A stretch of DNA of 64,000 bases, from contig OZ024742.1 of NCBI GenBank assembly GCA_964016885.1, forward strand, positions 168,516,001 through 168,580,000, in the 5' to 3' direction. This DNA is from Eledone cirrhosa. Its lineage: Eukaryota. A program made the position numbers and the translations under genes. Position 1 is the stretch's first letter. Each line of letters begins with the position of its first letter. Below, one piece after another: positions 43,922 through 58,925 of this stretch. The notes under the pieces are model-generated. The model was not told where the DNA came from. It saw only the letters and a program-made list of their open reading frames with translations, and did not search any database.

Positions 43922-46900
43922 AATCATTAAAATCCCATTAAAAATACATTAAAGGCCCATTAAAAACGCCATAAAAAATCCATTAAAAAAAATCCATTAA
44001 AAAAAAATTCAATCAAAAACCCATAAAAGAAACATTAAAACAGCATTTAAAAAACCCATTAAAAATTCATTAAAAAAATCCATTTAAAAAATCCATTAAA
44101 AATCCATTAAAAATCCATTAAAAATCCATTAAAAATCCATTAAAAATCCATTAAAAATCCATTAAAAATCCATTAAAAATAATCCATTAAAAAAAAATTC
44201 AATCAAAAACCCATAAAAGAAACATTAAAACAGCATTTAAAAAATCCATTAAAAAAATCCATTTAAAAAAATCCATTAAAAAAGCCATTAAAAATCCATT
44301 AAAAATCCATTAAAAATCCATTAAAAAAATCCATTAAAAAAAAAATCCATTAAAAAAAATCCATTAAAAATCCATTAAAAAAATCCATTTAAAAAAATCC
44401 ATTAAAAATCCATTAAAAACCCATTAAAAATCCATTAAAAATCCATTAAAAATCCATTAAAAAATCCATTTAAAAAACCCATTAAAAAAATCCATTAAAA
44501 AATCCATTTAAAAATCCAGTAAAAAAAATCCATTTAAAAAAACCCATTAAAAAAAATCCATTAAAAAAATCCATTTAAAAAATCCATAAAAAAAAATCCA
44601 TAAAAAAAATCCATTAAAAAAAATCCATAAAAAAAAAAATCCGTTAAAAAAAATCCATTAAAAATCCATTAAAAATCCATTAAAAATCCATTAAAAATCC
44701 ATTAAAAAAAATCAATTTAAAAAAATCCATTAAAAATCCATTAAAAAAATCCATTTAAAAAAATCCATTAAAAACCCATTAAAAATCCATTAAAAATCCA
44801 TTAAAAAATCCATTTAAAAAAACCATTAAAAAAAATCCATTAAAAAAATCCATTTAAAAAATCCATTAAAAAAAAATCCATTAAAAAAACCCATTAAAAA
44901 AAATCCATTAAAAAAATCCATTTAAAAAATCCATTAAAAAAAATCCATTAAAAAAAACTCAATCAAAAACCCATAAAAGAAACATTAAAACAGCATTTAA
45001 AAAATCCATTAAAAATCCATTAAAAAAATCCATTTAAAAAATCCATTAAAAAATCCATTAAAAATCCATTAAAAATCCATTAAAAAATCCATTTAAAAAA
45101 ATCCATTAAAAAAATCCATTTAAAAAATCCATTAAAAAATCCATTTAAAAAATCCATTAAAAAAAATCCATTTAAAAAAACCATTAAAAAATCCATTAAA
45201 AAAAATCCCATTAAAAATACATTAAAGGCCCATTAAAAACGCCATAAAAAATCCGTTAAAAAAATCCATTAAAAAAAAACTCAATCAAAAACCCATAAAA
45301 GAAACATTAAAACAGCATTTAAAAAATCCATTAAAAAAATCCATTAAAAAAAATCCATTAAAAAATCCATTAAAAATCCATTAAAAATCCATTAAAAATC
45401 CATTAAAAATCCATTAAAAAATCCATTAAAAATCCATTAAAAATCCATTAAAAATCCATTAAAAAATCCATTTAAAAAAATCCATTAAAAAAATCCATTA
45501 AAAAATCCATTTAAAAAATCCATTTAAAAAAATCCATTAAAAAAAATCCATTAAAAAAAAATCCATTAAAAAAAATCCATTAAAAAAAAAATCCGTTAAA
45601 AAAAATCCATTAAAAACTCAATCAAACACCCAATTAAAAGGCCATAAAAGAAACATTAAAACAGCATTTAAAATACCATTAAAAACGCCATAAAAATCAT
45701 TAAAATCCAATTAAAGATACATTAAAGGCCCATTAAAAACGCCATAAAAAATCCATTAAAAATATCCATTAAAAAAACTCAATCAAAAACCCATAAAAGA
45801 AACATTAAAACAGCATTTAAAAAATCCATTAAAAATCCATTAAAAAAATCCATTTAATAAAATCCATTAAAAATCCATTAAAAATCCATTAAAAATCCAT
45901 TAAAAATCCATTAAAAATCCATTAAAAAACCCATTTAAAAAAATCCATTAAAAAAATCCATTAAAAAAATCCATTAAAAAAAGCCATTAAAAAAATCCAT
46001 TTAAAAAAAGCCATTAAAAAAATCCATTAAAAAAAAATCCATTAAAAATCCATTAAAAAAATCCATTTAAAAAAATCCATTAAAAACCCATTAAAAATCC
46101 ATTAAAAAATCCATTAAAAAACCCATTAAAAAAAATCCATTAGAAAAATCCATTTAAAAAATCCATTAAAAAAAAATCCATTTAAAAAACCCATTAAAAA
46201 AAATCCATTAAAAAAATCCATTTAAAAAATCCATTTAAAAAATCCATTAAAAAAATCCATTTAAAAAATCCATTAAAAAAAACCATTAAAAAAAATCCAT
46301 TAAAAAAAAATCCATTAAAAAAAATCCATTAAAAAAAATCCATTAAAAATCCATTAAAAAAAATCCATTTAAAAAAAATTCATTAAAAAATCCATTAAAA
46401 ATCCATTAAAAATCCATTTAAAAAAATCCATTTAAAAAATCCATTTAAAAAACCCATTACAAAAAATACATTAAAAAAAATCCATAAAAAAAAAAGCCAT
46501 TAAAAAAAATCCATTAAAAAAAATCTATTAAAAATCCATTAAAAATCCATTAAAAATCCATTAAAAATCCATTAAAAATCCATTAAAAATCCATTAAAAA
46601 GCCATTAAAAATCCATTAAAATCCATTAAAAATCCATTAAAAATCCATTAAAAATCCATTAAAAATCCATTAAAAAATCCATTTAAAAAAATCCATTAAA
46701 AAATCCATTTAAAAAATCCATTAAAAAAATCCATTAAAAAAAAATCCATTAAAAAAAAAATCCATTAAAAAAAATCAATTTAAAAAAATCCATTAAAAAT
46801 CCATTAAAAAAATCCATTTAAAAAAATCCATTAAAAACCCATTAAAAACCCATTAAAAATCCATTAAAAATCCATTTAAAAAACCCATTAAAAAAAATCC

Positions 46901-47640
46901 ATTAAAAAAAATCCATTTAAAAAATCCATTAAAAAAAATCCATTAAAAAAACCCATTAAAAAAATCCATTAAAAAAATCCATTTAAAAAATCCATTAAAA
47001 AAAAATTCATTAAAAAAAAATCCATAAAAAAATCCATTAAAAAAATCCATTTAAAAAAATCCATTAAAAAAAAATCCATTAAAAATCCATTAAAAAAATC
47101 CATTAAAAAAAATCCATTAAAAAATCCATTAAAAAACCCATTAAAAATCCATTAAAAATCCATTAAAAATCCATTAAAAATCCATTTAAAAAACCCATTA
47201 AAAAAATCCATTTAAAAAACCCATTAAAAAAAGCCATTAAAAAATCCATTTAAAAAATCCATTAAAAAAAATCCATTAAAAAAAACCATTAAAAAATCCA
47301 TTAAAAAAAATCCCATTAAAAATACATTAAAAATCCATTAAAAATCCATTAAAAAATCCATTAAAAATCCATTAAAAATCCATTAAAAATCCATTAAAAA
47401 ATCCATTAAAAAAAATCCATTAAAAAAATCCATTAAAAAATCCATTTAAAAAATCCATTTAAAAAAATCCATTAAAAAAAATCCATTAAAAAAAATCCAT
47501 TAAAAAAAATCCATTAAAAAAAAAATCCGTTAAAAAAAATCCATTAAAAACTCAATCAAACACCCAATTAAAAGGCCATAAAAGAAACATTAAAACAGCA
47601 TTTAAAATACCATTAAAAACGCCATAAAAAATCATTAAAA

Positions 47641-47697
47641 TTGTTTTTTATGAAATTTATAATATGGCTTTTAATGAACTTTTTAATGGGCTTTTAG
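47641..47697 (-). repeat. 57-bp inverted island, C haplotype (copy 14)
   Basis: Paralog of copy 8 at offset 21752. Confidence 0.92.
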
Positions 47698-50296
47698 AAT
47701 CATTAAAATCCCATTAAAAATACATTAAAGGCCCATTAAAAACGCCATAAAAAATCCATTAAAAAAAATCCATTAAAAAAAAATTCAATCAAAAACCCAT
47801 AAAAGAAACATTAAAACAGCATTTAAAAAACCCATTAAAAATTCATTAAAAAAATCCATTTAAAAAATCCATTAAAAATCCATTAAAAATCCATTAAAAA
47901 TCCATTAAAAAAATCCATTTAAAAAAATCCATTAAAAAATCCATTAAAAATCCATTAAAAATCCATTAAAAAATCCATTTAAAAAACCCATTAAAAAAAT
48001 CCATTTAAAAAATCCATTTAAAAAATCCATTAAAAAAAATCCATTTAAAAAAACCCATTAAAAAAAATCCATTAAGAAAATCCATTTAAAAAATCCATTA
48101 AAAAAAATCCATTAAAAAAAATCCATAAAAAAAAATCCATTAAAAAAAATCCATTAAAAAAAAATCCGTTAAAAAAAATCCATTAAAAAAAAATCCGTTC
48201 AAAAAATCCATTAAAAGCTCAATCCCATTAAAAACGCCATAAAAATCATTAAAATCCAATTAAAGATACATTAAAGGCCCATTAAAAACGCCATAAAAAA
48301 TCCATTAAAAAAATCCATTAAAAAAACTCAATCAAAAACCCATAAAAGAAACATTAAAACAGCATTTAAAAAATCCATTAAAAATCCATTAAAAAAATCC
48401 ATTTAATAAAATCCATTAAAAAATCCATTAAAAATCCATTAAAAATCCATTAAAAATCCATTAAAAATCCATTAAAAATCCATTAAAAAACCCATTTAAA
48501 AAAATCCATTAAAAAAATCCATTAAAAAAATCCATTAAAAAAAGCCATTAAAAAAATCCATTTAAAAAAAGCCATTAAAAAAATCCATTAAAAAAAAATC
48601 CATTAAAAATCCATTAAAAAAATCCATTTAAAAAAATCCATTAAAAACCCATTAAAAATCCATTAAAAAATCCATTAAAAAACCCATTAAAAAAAATCCA
48701 TTAGAAATATCCATTTAAAAAATCCATTTAAAAAACCCATTAAAAAAAATCCATTTAAAAAATCCATTTAAAAAATCCATTTAAAAAATCCATTAAAAAA
48801 ATCCATTTAAAAAATCCATAAAAAAAAACCATTAAAAAAAATCCATTAAAAAAAAATCCATTAAAAAAAATCCATTAAAAAAAATCCATTAAAAATCCAT
48901 TAAAAAAAATCCATTTAAAAAAAATTCATTAAAAAATCCATTAAAAATCCATTAAAAATCCATTTAAAAAAATCCATTTAAAAAATCCATTTAAAAAACC
49001 CATTACAAAAAATACATTAAAAAAAATCCATAAAAAAAAAAGCCATTAAAAAAAATCCATTAAAAAAAATCTATTAAAAATCCATTAAAAATCCATTAAA
49101 AATCCATTAAAAATCCATTAAAAATCCATTAAAAATCCATTAAAAAGCCATTAAAAATCCATTAAAATCCATTAAAAATCCATTAAAAATCCATTAAAAA
49201 TCCATTAAAAAATCCATTTAAAAAAATCCATTAAAAAATCCATTAAAAAATCCATTTAAAAAATCCATTAAAAAAATCCATTAAAAAAAAATCCATTAAA
49301 AAAAAATCCATTAAAAAAAATCAATTTAAAAAATCCATTAAAAATCCATTAAAAAAATCCATTTAAAAAAATCCATTAAAAACCCATTAAAAACCCATTA
49401 AAAATCCATTAAAAATCCATTTAAAAAACCCATTAAAAAAAATCCATAAAAAAAAATCCATTTAAAAAATCCATTAAAAAAATCCATTAAAAAAACCCAT
49501 TAAAAAAATCCATTAAAAAAATCCATTTAAAAAATCCATTAAAAAAAATTCATTAAAAAAAAATCCATAAAAAAATCCATTAAAAAAATCCATTTAAAAA
49601 AATCCATTAAAAAAAATCCATTAAAAATCCATTAAAAAAATCCATTAAAAAAAATCCATTAAAAAATCCATTAAAAAACCCATTAAAAATCCATTAAAAA
49701 TCCATTAAAAATCCATTAAAAATCCATTTAAAAAACCCATTAAAAAAAGCCATTAAAAAATCCATTTAAAAAATCCATTAAAAAAAATCCATTTAAAACA
49801 ACCCATTAAAAAAAATCCATTAAAAAAAACCCATTAAAAAAAATCCATTAAAAAAATCCATTTAAAAAATCCATTAAAAAAAATCCATTAAAAAAAATCC
49901 ATAAAAAAATCCATTAAAAAAATCCATTAAAAATCCATTAAAAAAAATCCATTTAAAAAAGCCATTAAAAAATCCATTAAAAATCCATTAAAAATCCATT
50001 TAAAAAACCCATTAAAAAATCCATTAAAAAAATCCATTTAAAAAATCCATTAAAAAAAATCCATTTAAAAAAACCCATTAAAAAAATCCATTAAAAAAAT
50101 CCATTTAAAAAATCCATTAAAAAAAATCCATTAAAAAAATCCATAAAAAAAATCCATTAAAAAAAATCCATTAAAAAAAAATCCGTTAAAAAAAATCCAT
50201 TAAAAACTCAATCAAAAACCCAATTAAAAGGCCATAAAAGAAACATTAAAACAGCATTTAAAATACCATTAAAAACGCCATAAAAAATCATTAAAA

Positions 50297-50353
50297 TTGT
50301 TTTTTATGAAATTTATAATATGGCTTTTAATGAATTTTTTAATGGGCTTTTAG
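50297..50353 (-). repeat. 57-bp inverted island, T haplotype (copy 15)
   Basis: Paralog of copy 9 at offset 21764. Confidence 0.92.
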
Positions 50354-51766
50354 AATCATTAAAATCCCATTAAAAATACATTAAAGGCCCATTAAAAACG
50401 CCATAAAAAATCCATTAAAAAAATCCATTAAAAAAAAACTCAATCAAAAACACATAAAAGAAACATTAAAACAGCATTTAAAAAATCCATTAAAAATCCA
50501 TTAAAAAAAAATCCATTAAAAAAATCCATTAAAAATCCATTAAAAAAATCCATTTAAAAAAATCCATTAAAAAATCCATTAAAAACCCATTAAAAATCCA
50601 TTAAAAATCCATTAAAAATCCATTAAAAAATCCATTTAAAAAACCCATTAAAAAAATCCATTAAAAAATCCATTTAAAAATCCATTAAAAAAAATCCATT
50701 TAAAAAAACCCATTAAAAAAAATCCATTAAAAAAATCCATTTAAAAAATCCATAAAAAAAAATCCATAAAAAAAATCCATTAAAAAAAATCCATTAAAAA
50801 AAAAATCCGTTAAAAAAAATCCATTAAAAATCCATTAAAAATCCATTAAAAATCCATTAAAAATCCATTAAAAATCCATTTAAAAAAATCCATTAAAAAA
50901 ATCCATTAAAAAAATCCATTTAAAAAATCCATTAAAAAATCCATTAAAAAAAATCCATTAAAAAAAAATCCATTAAAAAAAATCCATTAAAAAAAATCAA
51001 TTTAAAAAAATCCATTAAAAATCCATTAAAAAAATCCATTTAAAAAAATCCATTAAAAACCCATTAAAAATCCATTAAAAATCCATTAAAAAATCCATTT
51101 AAAAAAACCATTAAAAAAAATCCATTAAAAAAAAATCCATTAAAAAAATCCATTTAAAAAATCCATTAAAAAAAATCCATTAAAAAAAACTCAATCAAAA
51201 ACCCATAAAAGAAACATTAAAACAGCATTTAAAAAATCCATTAAAAATCCATTAAAAGAATCCATTTAAAAAATCCATTAAAAAATCCATTAAAAATCCA
51301 TTAAAAATCCATTAAAAAATCCATTTAAAAAAATCCATTAAAAAAATCCTTTAAAAAATCCATTAAAAAATCCATTTAAAAAATCCATTAAAAAAAATCC
51401 ATTAAAAAAAACCATTAAAAAATCCATTAAAAAAAATCCCATTAAAAATACATTAAAAATCCATTAAAAATCCATTAAAAAATCCATTAAAAATCCATTA
51501 AAAATCCATTAAAAATCCATTAAAAAATCCATTAAAAAAAATCCATTAAAAAAATCCATTAAAAAATCCATTTAAAAAATCCATTTAAAAAAATCCATTA
51601 AAAAAAATCCATTAAAAAAAATCCATTAAAAAAAATCCATAAAAAAAAAAATCCGTTAAAAAAAATCCATTAAAAACTCAATCAAACACCCAATTAAAAG
51701 GCCATAAAAGAAACATTAAAACATCATTTAAAATACCATTAAAAACGCCATAAAAAATCATTAAAA

Positions 51767-51823
51767 TTGTTTTTTATGAAATTTATAATATGGCTTTTAA
51801 TGAACTTTTTAATGGGCTTTTAG
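51767..51823 (-). repeat. 57-bp inverted island, C haplotype (copy 16)
   Basis: Paralog of copy 10 at offset 21764. Confidence 0.92.
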
Positions 51824-54800
51824 AATCATTAAAATCCCATTAAAAATACATTAAAGGCCCATTAAAAACGCCATAAAAAATCCATTAAAAAAAATCCATT
51901 AAAAAAAAATTCAATCAAAAACCCATAAAAGAAACATTAAAACAGCATTTAAAAAACCCATTAAAAATTCATTAAAAAAATCCATTTAAAAAATCCATTA
52001 AAAATCCATTAAAAATCCATTAAAAATCCATTAAAAATCCATTAAAAATCCATTAAAAATAATCCATTAAAAAAAAATTCAATCAAAAACCCATAAAAGA
52101 AACATTAAAACAGCATTTAAAAAATCCATTAAAAAAATCCATTTAAAAAAATCCATTAAAAAAGCCATTAAAAATCCATTAAAAATCCATTAAAAAAATC
52201 CATTAAAAAAAAAATCCATTAAAAAAAATCCATTAAAAATCCATTAAAAAAATCCATTTAAAAAAATCCATTAAAAATCCATTAAAAACCCATTAAAAAT
52301 CCATTAAAAATCCATTAAAAATCCATTAAAAAATCCATTTAAAAAACCCATTAAAAAAATCCATTAAAAAATCCATTTAAAAATCCAGTAAAAAAAATCC
52401 ATTTAAAAAAACCCATTAAAAAAAATCCATTAAAAAAATCCATTTAAAAAATCCATAAAAAAAAATCCATAAAAAAAATCCATTAAAAAAAATCCATAAA
52501 AAAAAAATCCGTTAAAAAAATCCATTAAAAATCCATTAAAAATCCATTAAAAATCCATTAAAAAAAATCAATTTAAAAAAATCCATTAAAAATCCATTAA
52601 AAAAATCCATTTAAAAAAATCCATTAAAAACCCATTAAAAATCCATTAAAAATCCATTAAAAAATCCATTTAAAAAAACCATTAAAAAAAATCCATTAAA
52701 AAAATCCATTTAAAAAATCCATTAAAAAAAAATCCATTAAAAAAAACCCATTAAAAAAAATCCATTAAAAAAATCCATTTAAAAAATCCATTAAAAAAAA
52801 TCCATTAAAAAAAACTCAATCAAAAACCCATAAAAGAAACATTAAAACAGCATTTAAAAAATCCATTAAAAATCCATTAAAAAAATCCATTTAAAAAATC
52901 CATTAAAAAATCCATTAAAAATCCATTAAAAATCCATTAAAAAATCCATTTAAAAAAATCCATTAAAAAAATCCATTTAAAAAATCCATTAAAAAATCCA
53001 TTTAAAAAATCCATTAAAAAAAATCCATTAAAAAAAACCATTAAAAAATCCATTAAAAAAAATCCCATTAAAAATACATTAAAGGCCCATTAAAAACGCC
53101 ATAAAAAATCCGTTAAAAAAATCCATTAAAAAAAAACTCAATCAAAAACCCATAAAAGAAACATTAAAACAGCATTTAAAAAATCCATTAAAAAAATCCA
53201 TTAAAAAAAATCCATTAAAAAATCCATTAAAAATCCATTAAAAATCCATTAAAAATCCATTAAAAATCCATTAAAAAATCCATTAAAAATCCATTAAAAA
53301 TCCATTAAAAATCCATTAAAAAATCCATTTAAAAAAATCCATTAAAAAAATCCATTAAAAAATCCATTTAAAAAATCCATTTAAAAAAATCCATTAAAAA
53401 AAATCCATTAAAAAAAAATCCATTAAAAAAAATCCATTAAAAAAAAAATCCGTTAAAAAAAATCCATTAAAAACTCAATCAAACACCCAATTAAAAGGCC
53501 ATAAAAGAAACATTAAAACAGCATTTAAAATACCATTAAAAACGCCATAAAAATCATTAAAATCCAATTAAAGATACATTAAAGGCCCATTAAAAACGCC
53601 ATAAAAAATCCATTAAAAATATCCATTAAAAAAACTCAATCAAAAGCCCATAAAAGAAACATTAAAACAGCATTTAAAAAATCCATTAAAAATCCATTAA
53701 AAAAATCCATTTAATAAAATCCATTAAAAATCCATTAAAAATCCATTAAAAATCCATTAAAAATCCATTAAAAATCCATTAAAAATCCATTAAAAAACCC
53801 ATTTAAAAAAATCCATTAAAAAAATCCATTAAAAAAATCCATTAAAAAAAGCCATTAAAAAAATCCATTTAAAAAAAGCCATTAAAAAAATCCATTAAAA
53901 AAAAATCCATTAAAAATCCATTAAAAAAATCCATTAAAAACCCATTAAAAATCCATTAAAAAATCCATTAAAAAACCCATTAAAAAAAATCCATTAGAAA
54001 AATCCATTTAAAAAATCCATTAAAAAAAAATCCATTTAAAAAACCCATTAAAAAAAATCCATTAAAAAAATCCATTTAAAAAATCCATTTAAAAAATCCA
54101 TTAAAAAAATCCATTTAAAAAATCCATAAAAAAAAACCATTAAAAAAAATCCATTAAAAAAAAATCCATTAAAAAAAATCCATTAAAAAAAATCCATTAA
54201 AAATCCATTAAAAAAAATCCATTTAAAAAAAATTCATTAAAAAATCCATTAAAAATCCATTAAAAATCCATTTAAAAAAATCCATTTAAAAAATCCATTT
54301 AAAAAACCCATTACAAAAAATACATTAAAAAAAATCCATAAAAAAAAAAGCCATTAAAAAAAATCCATTAAAAAAAATCTATTAAAAATCCATTAAAAAT
54401 CCATTAAAAATCCATTAAAAATCCATTAAAAATCCATTAAAAATCCATTAAAAAGCCATTAAAAATCCATTAAAATCCATTAAAAATCCATTAAAAATCC
54501 ATTAAAAATCCATTAAAAATCCATTAAAAAATCCATTTAAAAAAATCCATTAAAAAATCCATTAAAAAATCCATTTAAAAAATCCATTAAAAAAATCCAT
54601 TAAAAAAAAATCCAAAAAAAAAATCCATTAAAAAAAATCAATTTAAAAAAATCCATTAAAAATCCATTAAAAAAATCCATTTAAAAAAATCCATTAAAAA
54701 CCCATTAAAAACCCATTAAAAATCCATTAAAAATCCATTTAAAAAACCCATTAAAAAAAATCCATTAAAAAAAATCCATTTAAAAAATCCATTAAAAAAA

Positions 54801-57376
54801 ATCCATTAAAAAAACCCATTAAAAAAATCCATTAAAAAAATCCATTTAAAAAATCCATTAAAAAAAATTCATTAAAAAAAAATCCATAAAAAAATCCATT
54901 AAAAAAATCCATTTAAAAAAATCCATTAAAAAAAATCCATTAAAAATCCATTAAAAAAATCCATTAAAAAAAATCCATTAAAAAATCCATTAAAAAACCC
55001 ATTAAAAATCCATTAAAAATCCATTAAAAATCCATTAAAAATCAATTTAAAAAACCCATTAAAAAAATCCATTTAAAAAACCCATTAAAAAAAGCCATTA
55101 AAAAATCCATTTAAAAAATCCATTAAAAAAAATCCATTAAAAAAAATCCATAAAAAAAAATCCATTAAAAAAAATCCATTAAAAAAAAATCCGTTAAAAA
55201 AAATCCATTAAAAAAAAATCCGTTCAAAAAATCCATTAAAAGCTCAATCCCATTAAAAACGCCATAAAAATCATTAAAATCCAATTAAAGATACATTAAA
55301 GGCCCATTAAAAACGCCATAAAAAATCCATTAAAAAAATCCATTAAAAAAACTCAATCAAAAACCCATAAAAGAAACATTAAAACAGCATTTAAAAAATC
55401 CATTAAAAATCCATTAAAAAAATCCATTTAATAAAATCCATTAAAAAATCCATTAAAAATCCATTAAAAATCCATTAAAAATCCATTAAAAATCCATTAA
55501 AAATCCATTAAAAAACCCATTTAAAAAAATCCATTAAAAAAATCCATTAAAAAAATCCATTAAAAAAAGCCATTAAAAAAATCCATTTAAAAAAAGCCAT
55601 TAAAAAAATCCATTAAAAAAAAATCCATTAAAAATCCATTAAAAAAATCCATTTAAAAAAATCCATTAAAAACCCATTAAAAATCCATTAAAAAATCCAT
55701 TAAAAAACCCATTAAAAAAAATCCATTAGAAATATCCATTTAAAAAATCCATTAAAAAAAAATCCATTTAAAAAACCCATTAAAAAAAATCCATTAAAAA
55801 AATCCATTTAAAAAATCCATTTAAAAAATCCATTAAAAAAATCCATTTAAAAAATCCATAAAAAAAAACCATTAAAAAAAATCCATTAAAAAAAAATCCA
55901 TTAAAAAAAATCCATTAAAAAAAATCCATTAAAAATCCATTAAAAAAAATCCATTTAAAAAAAATTCATTAAAAAATCCATTAAAAATCCATTAAAAATC
56001 CATTTAAAAAAATCCATTTAAAAAATCCATTTAAAAAACCCATTACAAAAAATACATTAAAAAAAATCCATAAAAAAAAAAGCCATTAAAAAAAATCCAT
56101 TAAAAAAAATCTATTAAAAATCCATTAAAAATCCATTAAAAATCCATTAAAAATCCATTAAAAATCCATTAAAAATCCATTAAAAAGCCATTAAAAATCC
56201 ATTAAAATCCATTAAAAATCCATTAAAAATCCATTAAAAATCCATTAAAAATCCATTAAAAAATCCATTTAAAAAAATCCATTAAAAAATCCATTAAAAA
56301 ATCCATTTAAAAAATCCATTAAAAAAATCCATTAAAAAAAAATCCATTAAAAAAAAAATCCATAAAAAAAAATCAATTTAAAAAAATCCATTAAAAATCC
56401 ATTAAAAAAATCCATTTAAAAAAATCCATTAAAAACCCATTAAAAACCCATTAAAAATCCATTAAAAATCCATTTAAAAAACCCATTAAAAAAAATCCAT
56501 TAAAAAAAATCCATTTAAAAAATCCATTTAAAAAAATCCATTAAAAAAACCCATTAAAAAAATCCATTAAAAAAATCCATTTAAAAAATCCATTAAAAAA
56601 AATTCATTAAAAAAAAATCCATAAAAAAATCCATTAAAAAAATCCATTTAAAAAAATCCATTAAAAAAAATACATTAAAAATCCATTAAAAAAATCCATT
56701 AAAAAAAATCCATTAAAAAATCCATTAAAAAACCCATTAAAAATCCATTAAAAATCCATTAAAAATCCATTAAAAATCCATTAAAAAAACCCATTAAAAA
56801 AATCCATTTAAAAAACCCATTAAAAAAAGCCATTAAAAAATCCATTTAAAAAATCCATTAAAAAAAATCCATTTAAAACAACCCATTAAAAAAATCCATT
56901 AAAAAAAACCCATTAAAAAAAATCCATTAAAAAAATCCATTTAAAAAATCCATTAAAAAAAATCCATTAAAAAAAATCCATAAAAAAATCCATTAAAAAA
57001 ATCCATTAAAAATCCATTAAAAAAAATCCATTTAAAAAAGCCATTAAAAAATCCATTAAAAATCCATTAAAAATCCATTTAAAAAACCCATTAAAAAATC
57101 CATTAAAAAAATCCATTTAAAAAATCCATTAAAAAAAATCCATTTAAAAAAACTCATTTAAAAAAATCCATTAAAAAAATCCATTTAAAAAATCCATTAA
57201 AAAAAATCCATTAAAAAAATCCATAAAAAAAATCCATTAAAAAAAATCCATTAAAAAAAAATCCGTTAAAAAAAATCCATTAAAAACTCAATCAAAAACC
57301 CAATTAAAAGGCCATAAAAGAAACATTAAAACAGCATTTAAAATACCATTAAAAACGCCATAAAAAATCATTAAAA

Positions 57377-57433
57377 TTGTTTTTTATGAAATTTATAATA
57401 TGGCTTTTAATGAATTTTTTAATGGGCTTTTAG
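57377..57433 (-). repeat. 57-bp inverted island, T haplotype (copy 17)
   Basis: Paralog of copy 11 at offset 21754. Confidence 0.92.
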
Positions 57434-58868
57434 AATCATTAAAATCCCATTAAAAATACATTAAAGGCCCATTAAAAACGCCATAAAAAATCCATTAAAA
57501 AAATCCATTAAAAAAAAACTCAATCAAAAACACATAAAAGAAACATTAAAACAGCATTTAAAAAATCCATTAAAAATCCATTAAAAAAAAATCCATTAAA
57601 AAAATCCATTAAAAATCCATTAAAAAAATCCATTTAAAAAAATCCATTAAAAAATCCATTAAAAACCCATTAAAAATCCATTAAAAATCCATTAAAAATC
57701 CATTAAAAAATCCATTTAAAAAACCCATTAAAAAAATCCATTAAAAAATCCATTTAAAAATCCATTAAAAAAAATCCATTTAAAAAAACCCATTAAAAAA
57801 AATCCATTAAAAAAATCCATTTAAAAAATCCATAAAAAAAAATCCATAAAAAAAATCCATTAAAAAAAATCCATTAAAAAAAAAATCCGTTAAAAAAAAT
57901 CCATTAAAAATCCATTAAAAATCCATTAAAAATCCATTAAAAATCCATTAAAAATCCATTAAAAATCCATTTAAAAAAATCCATTAAAAAAATCCATTAA
58001 AAAAATCCATTTAAAAAATCCATTAAAAAAAATCCATTAAAAAAAAATCCATTAAAAAAAATCCATTAAAAAAAATCAATTTAAAAAAATCCATTAAAAA
58101 TCCATTAAAAAAATCCATTTAAAAAAATCCATTAAAAACCCATTAAAAATCCATTAAAAATCCATTAAAAAATCCATTTAAAAAAACCATTAAAAAAAAT
58201 CCATTAAAAAAATCCATTTAAAAAATCCATTAAAAAAAAATCCATTAAAAAAATCCATTTAAAAAATCCATTAAAAAAAATCCATTAAAAAAAACTCAAT
58301 CAAAAACCCATAAAAGAAACATTAAAACAGCATTTAAAAAATCCATTAAAAATCCATTAAAAGAATCCATTTAAAAAATCCATTAAAAAATCCATTAAAA
58401 ATCCATTAAAAATCCATTAAAAAATCCATTTAAAAAAATCCATTAAAAAAATCCTTTAAAAAATCCATTAAAAAATCCATTTAAAAAATCCATTAAAAAA
58501 AATCCATTAAAAAAAACCATTAAAAAATCCATTAAAAAAAATCCCATTAAAAATACATTAAAAATCCATTAAAAATCCATTAAAAAATCCATTAAAAATC
58601 CATTAAAAATCCATTAAAAATCCATTAAAAAATCCATTAAAAAAAATCCATTAAAAAAATCCATTAAAAAATCCATTTAAAAAATCCATTTAAAAAAATC
58701 CATTAAAAAAAATCCATTAAAAAAAATCCATTAAAAAAATCCATTAAAAAAAAATCCGTTAAAAAAAATCCATTAAAACTCAATCAAACACCCAATTAAA
58801 AGGCCATAAAAGAAACATTAAAACAGCATTTAAAATACCATTAAAAACGCCATAAAAAATCATTAAAA

Positions 58869-58925
58869 TTGTTTTTTATGAAATTTATAATATGGCTTTT
58901 AATGAACTTTTTAATGGGCTTTTAG
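58869..58925 (-). repeat. 57-bp inverted island, C haplotype (copy 18)
   Basis: Matches copy 1. Confidence 0.92.

Larger units (their letters stand above)
35081..58800 (+). repeat. Macro-repeat copy 2 (~21.75 kb, internal ~1.3 kb deletion) plus start of a third copy; boundaries approximate
   Basis: Offset 21753-21764 for TCCTTT 21692/43446, TCCAGT 22762/44515, ACATCATTT ~29957/51721, AAAGCCCAT ~31890/53643, TCC(A)10TCC 32858/54611 and ACTCATTT 35398/57152. Confidence 0.88.
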
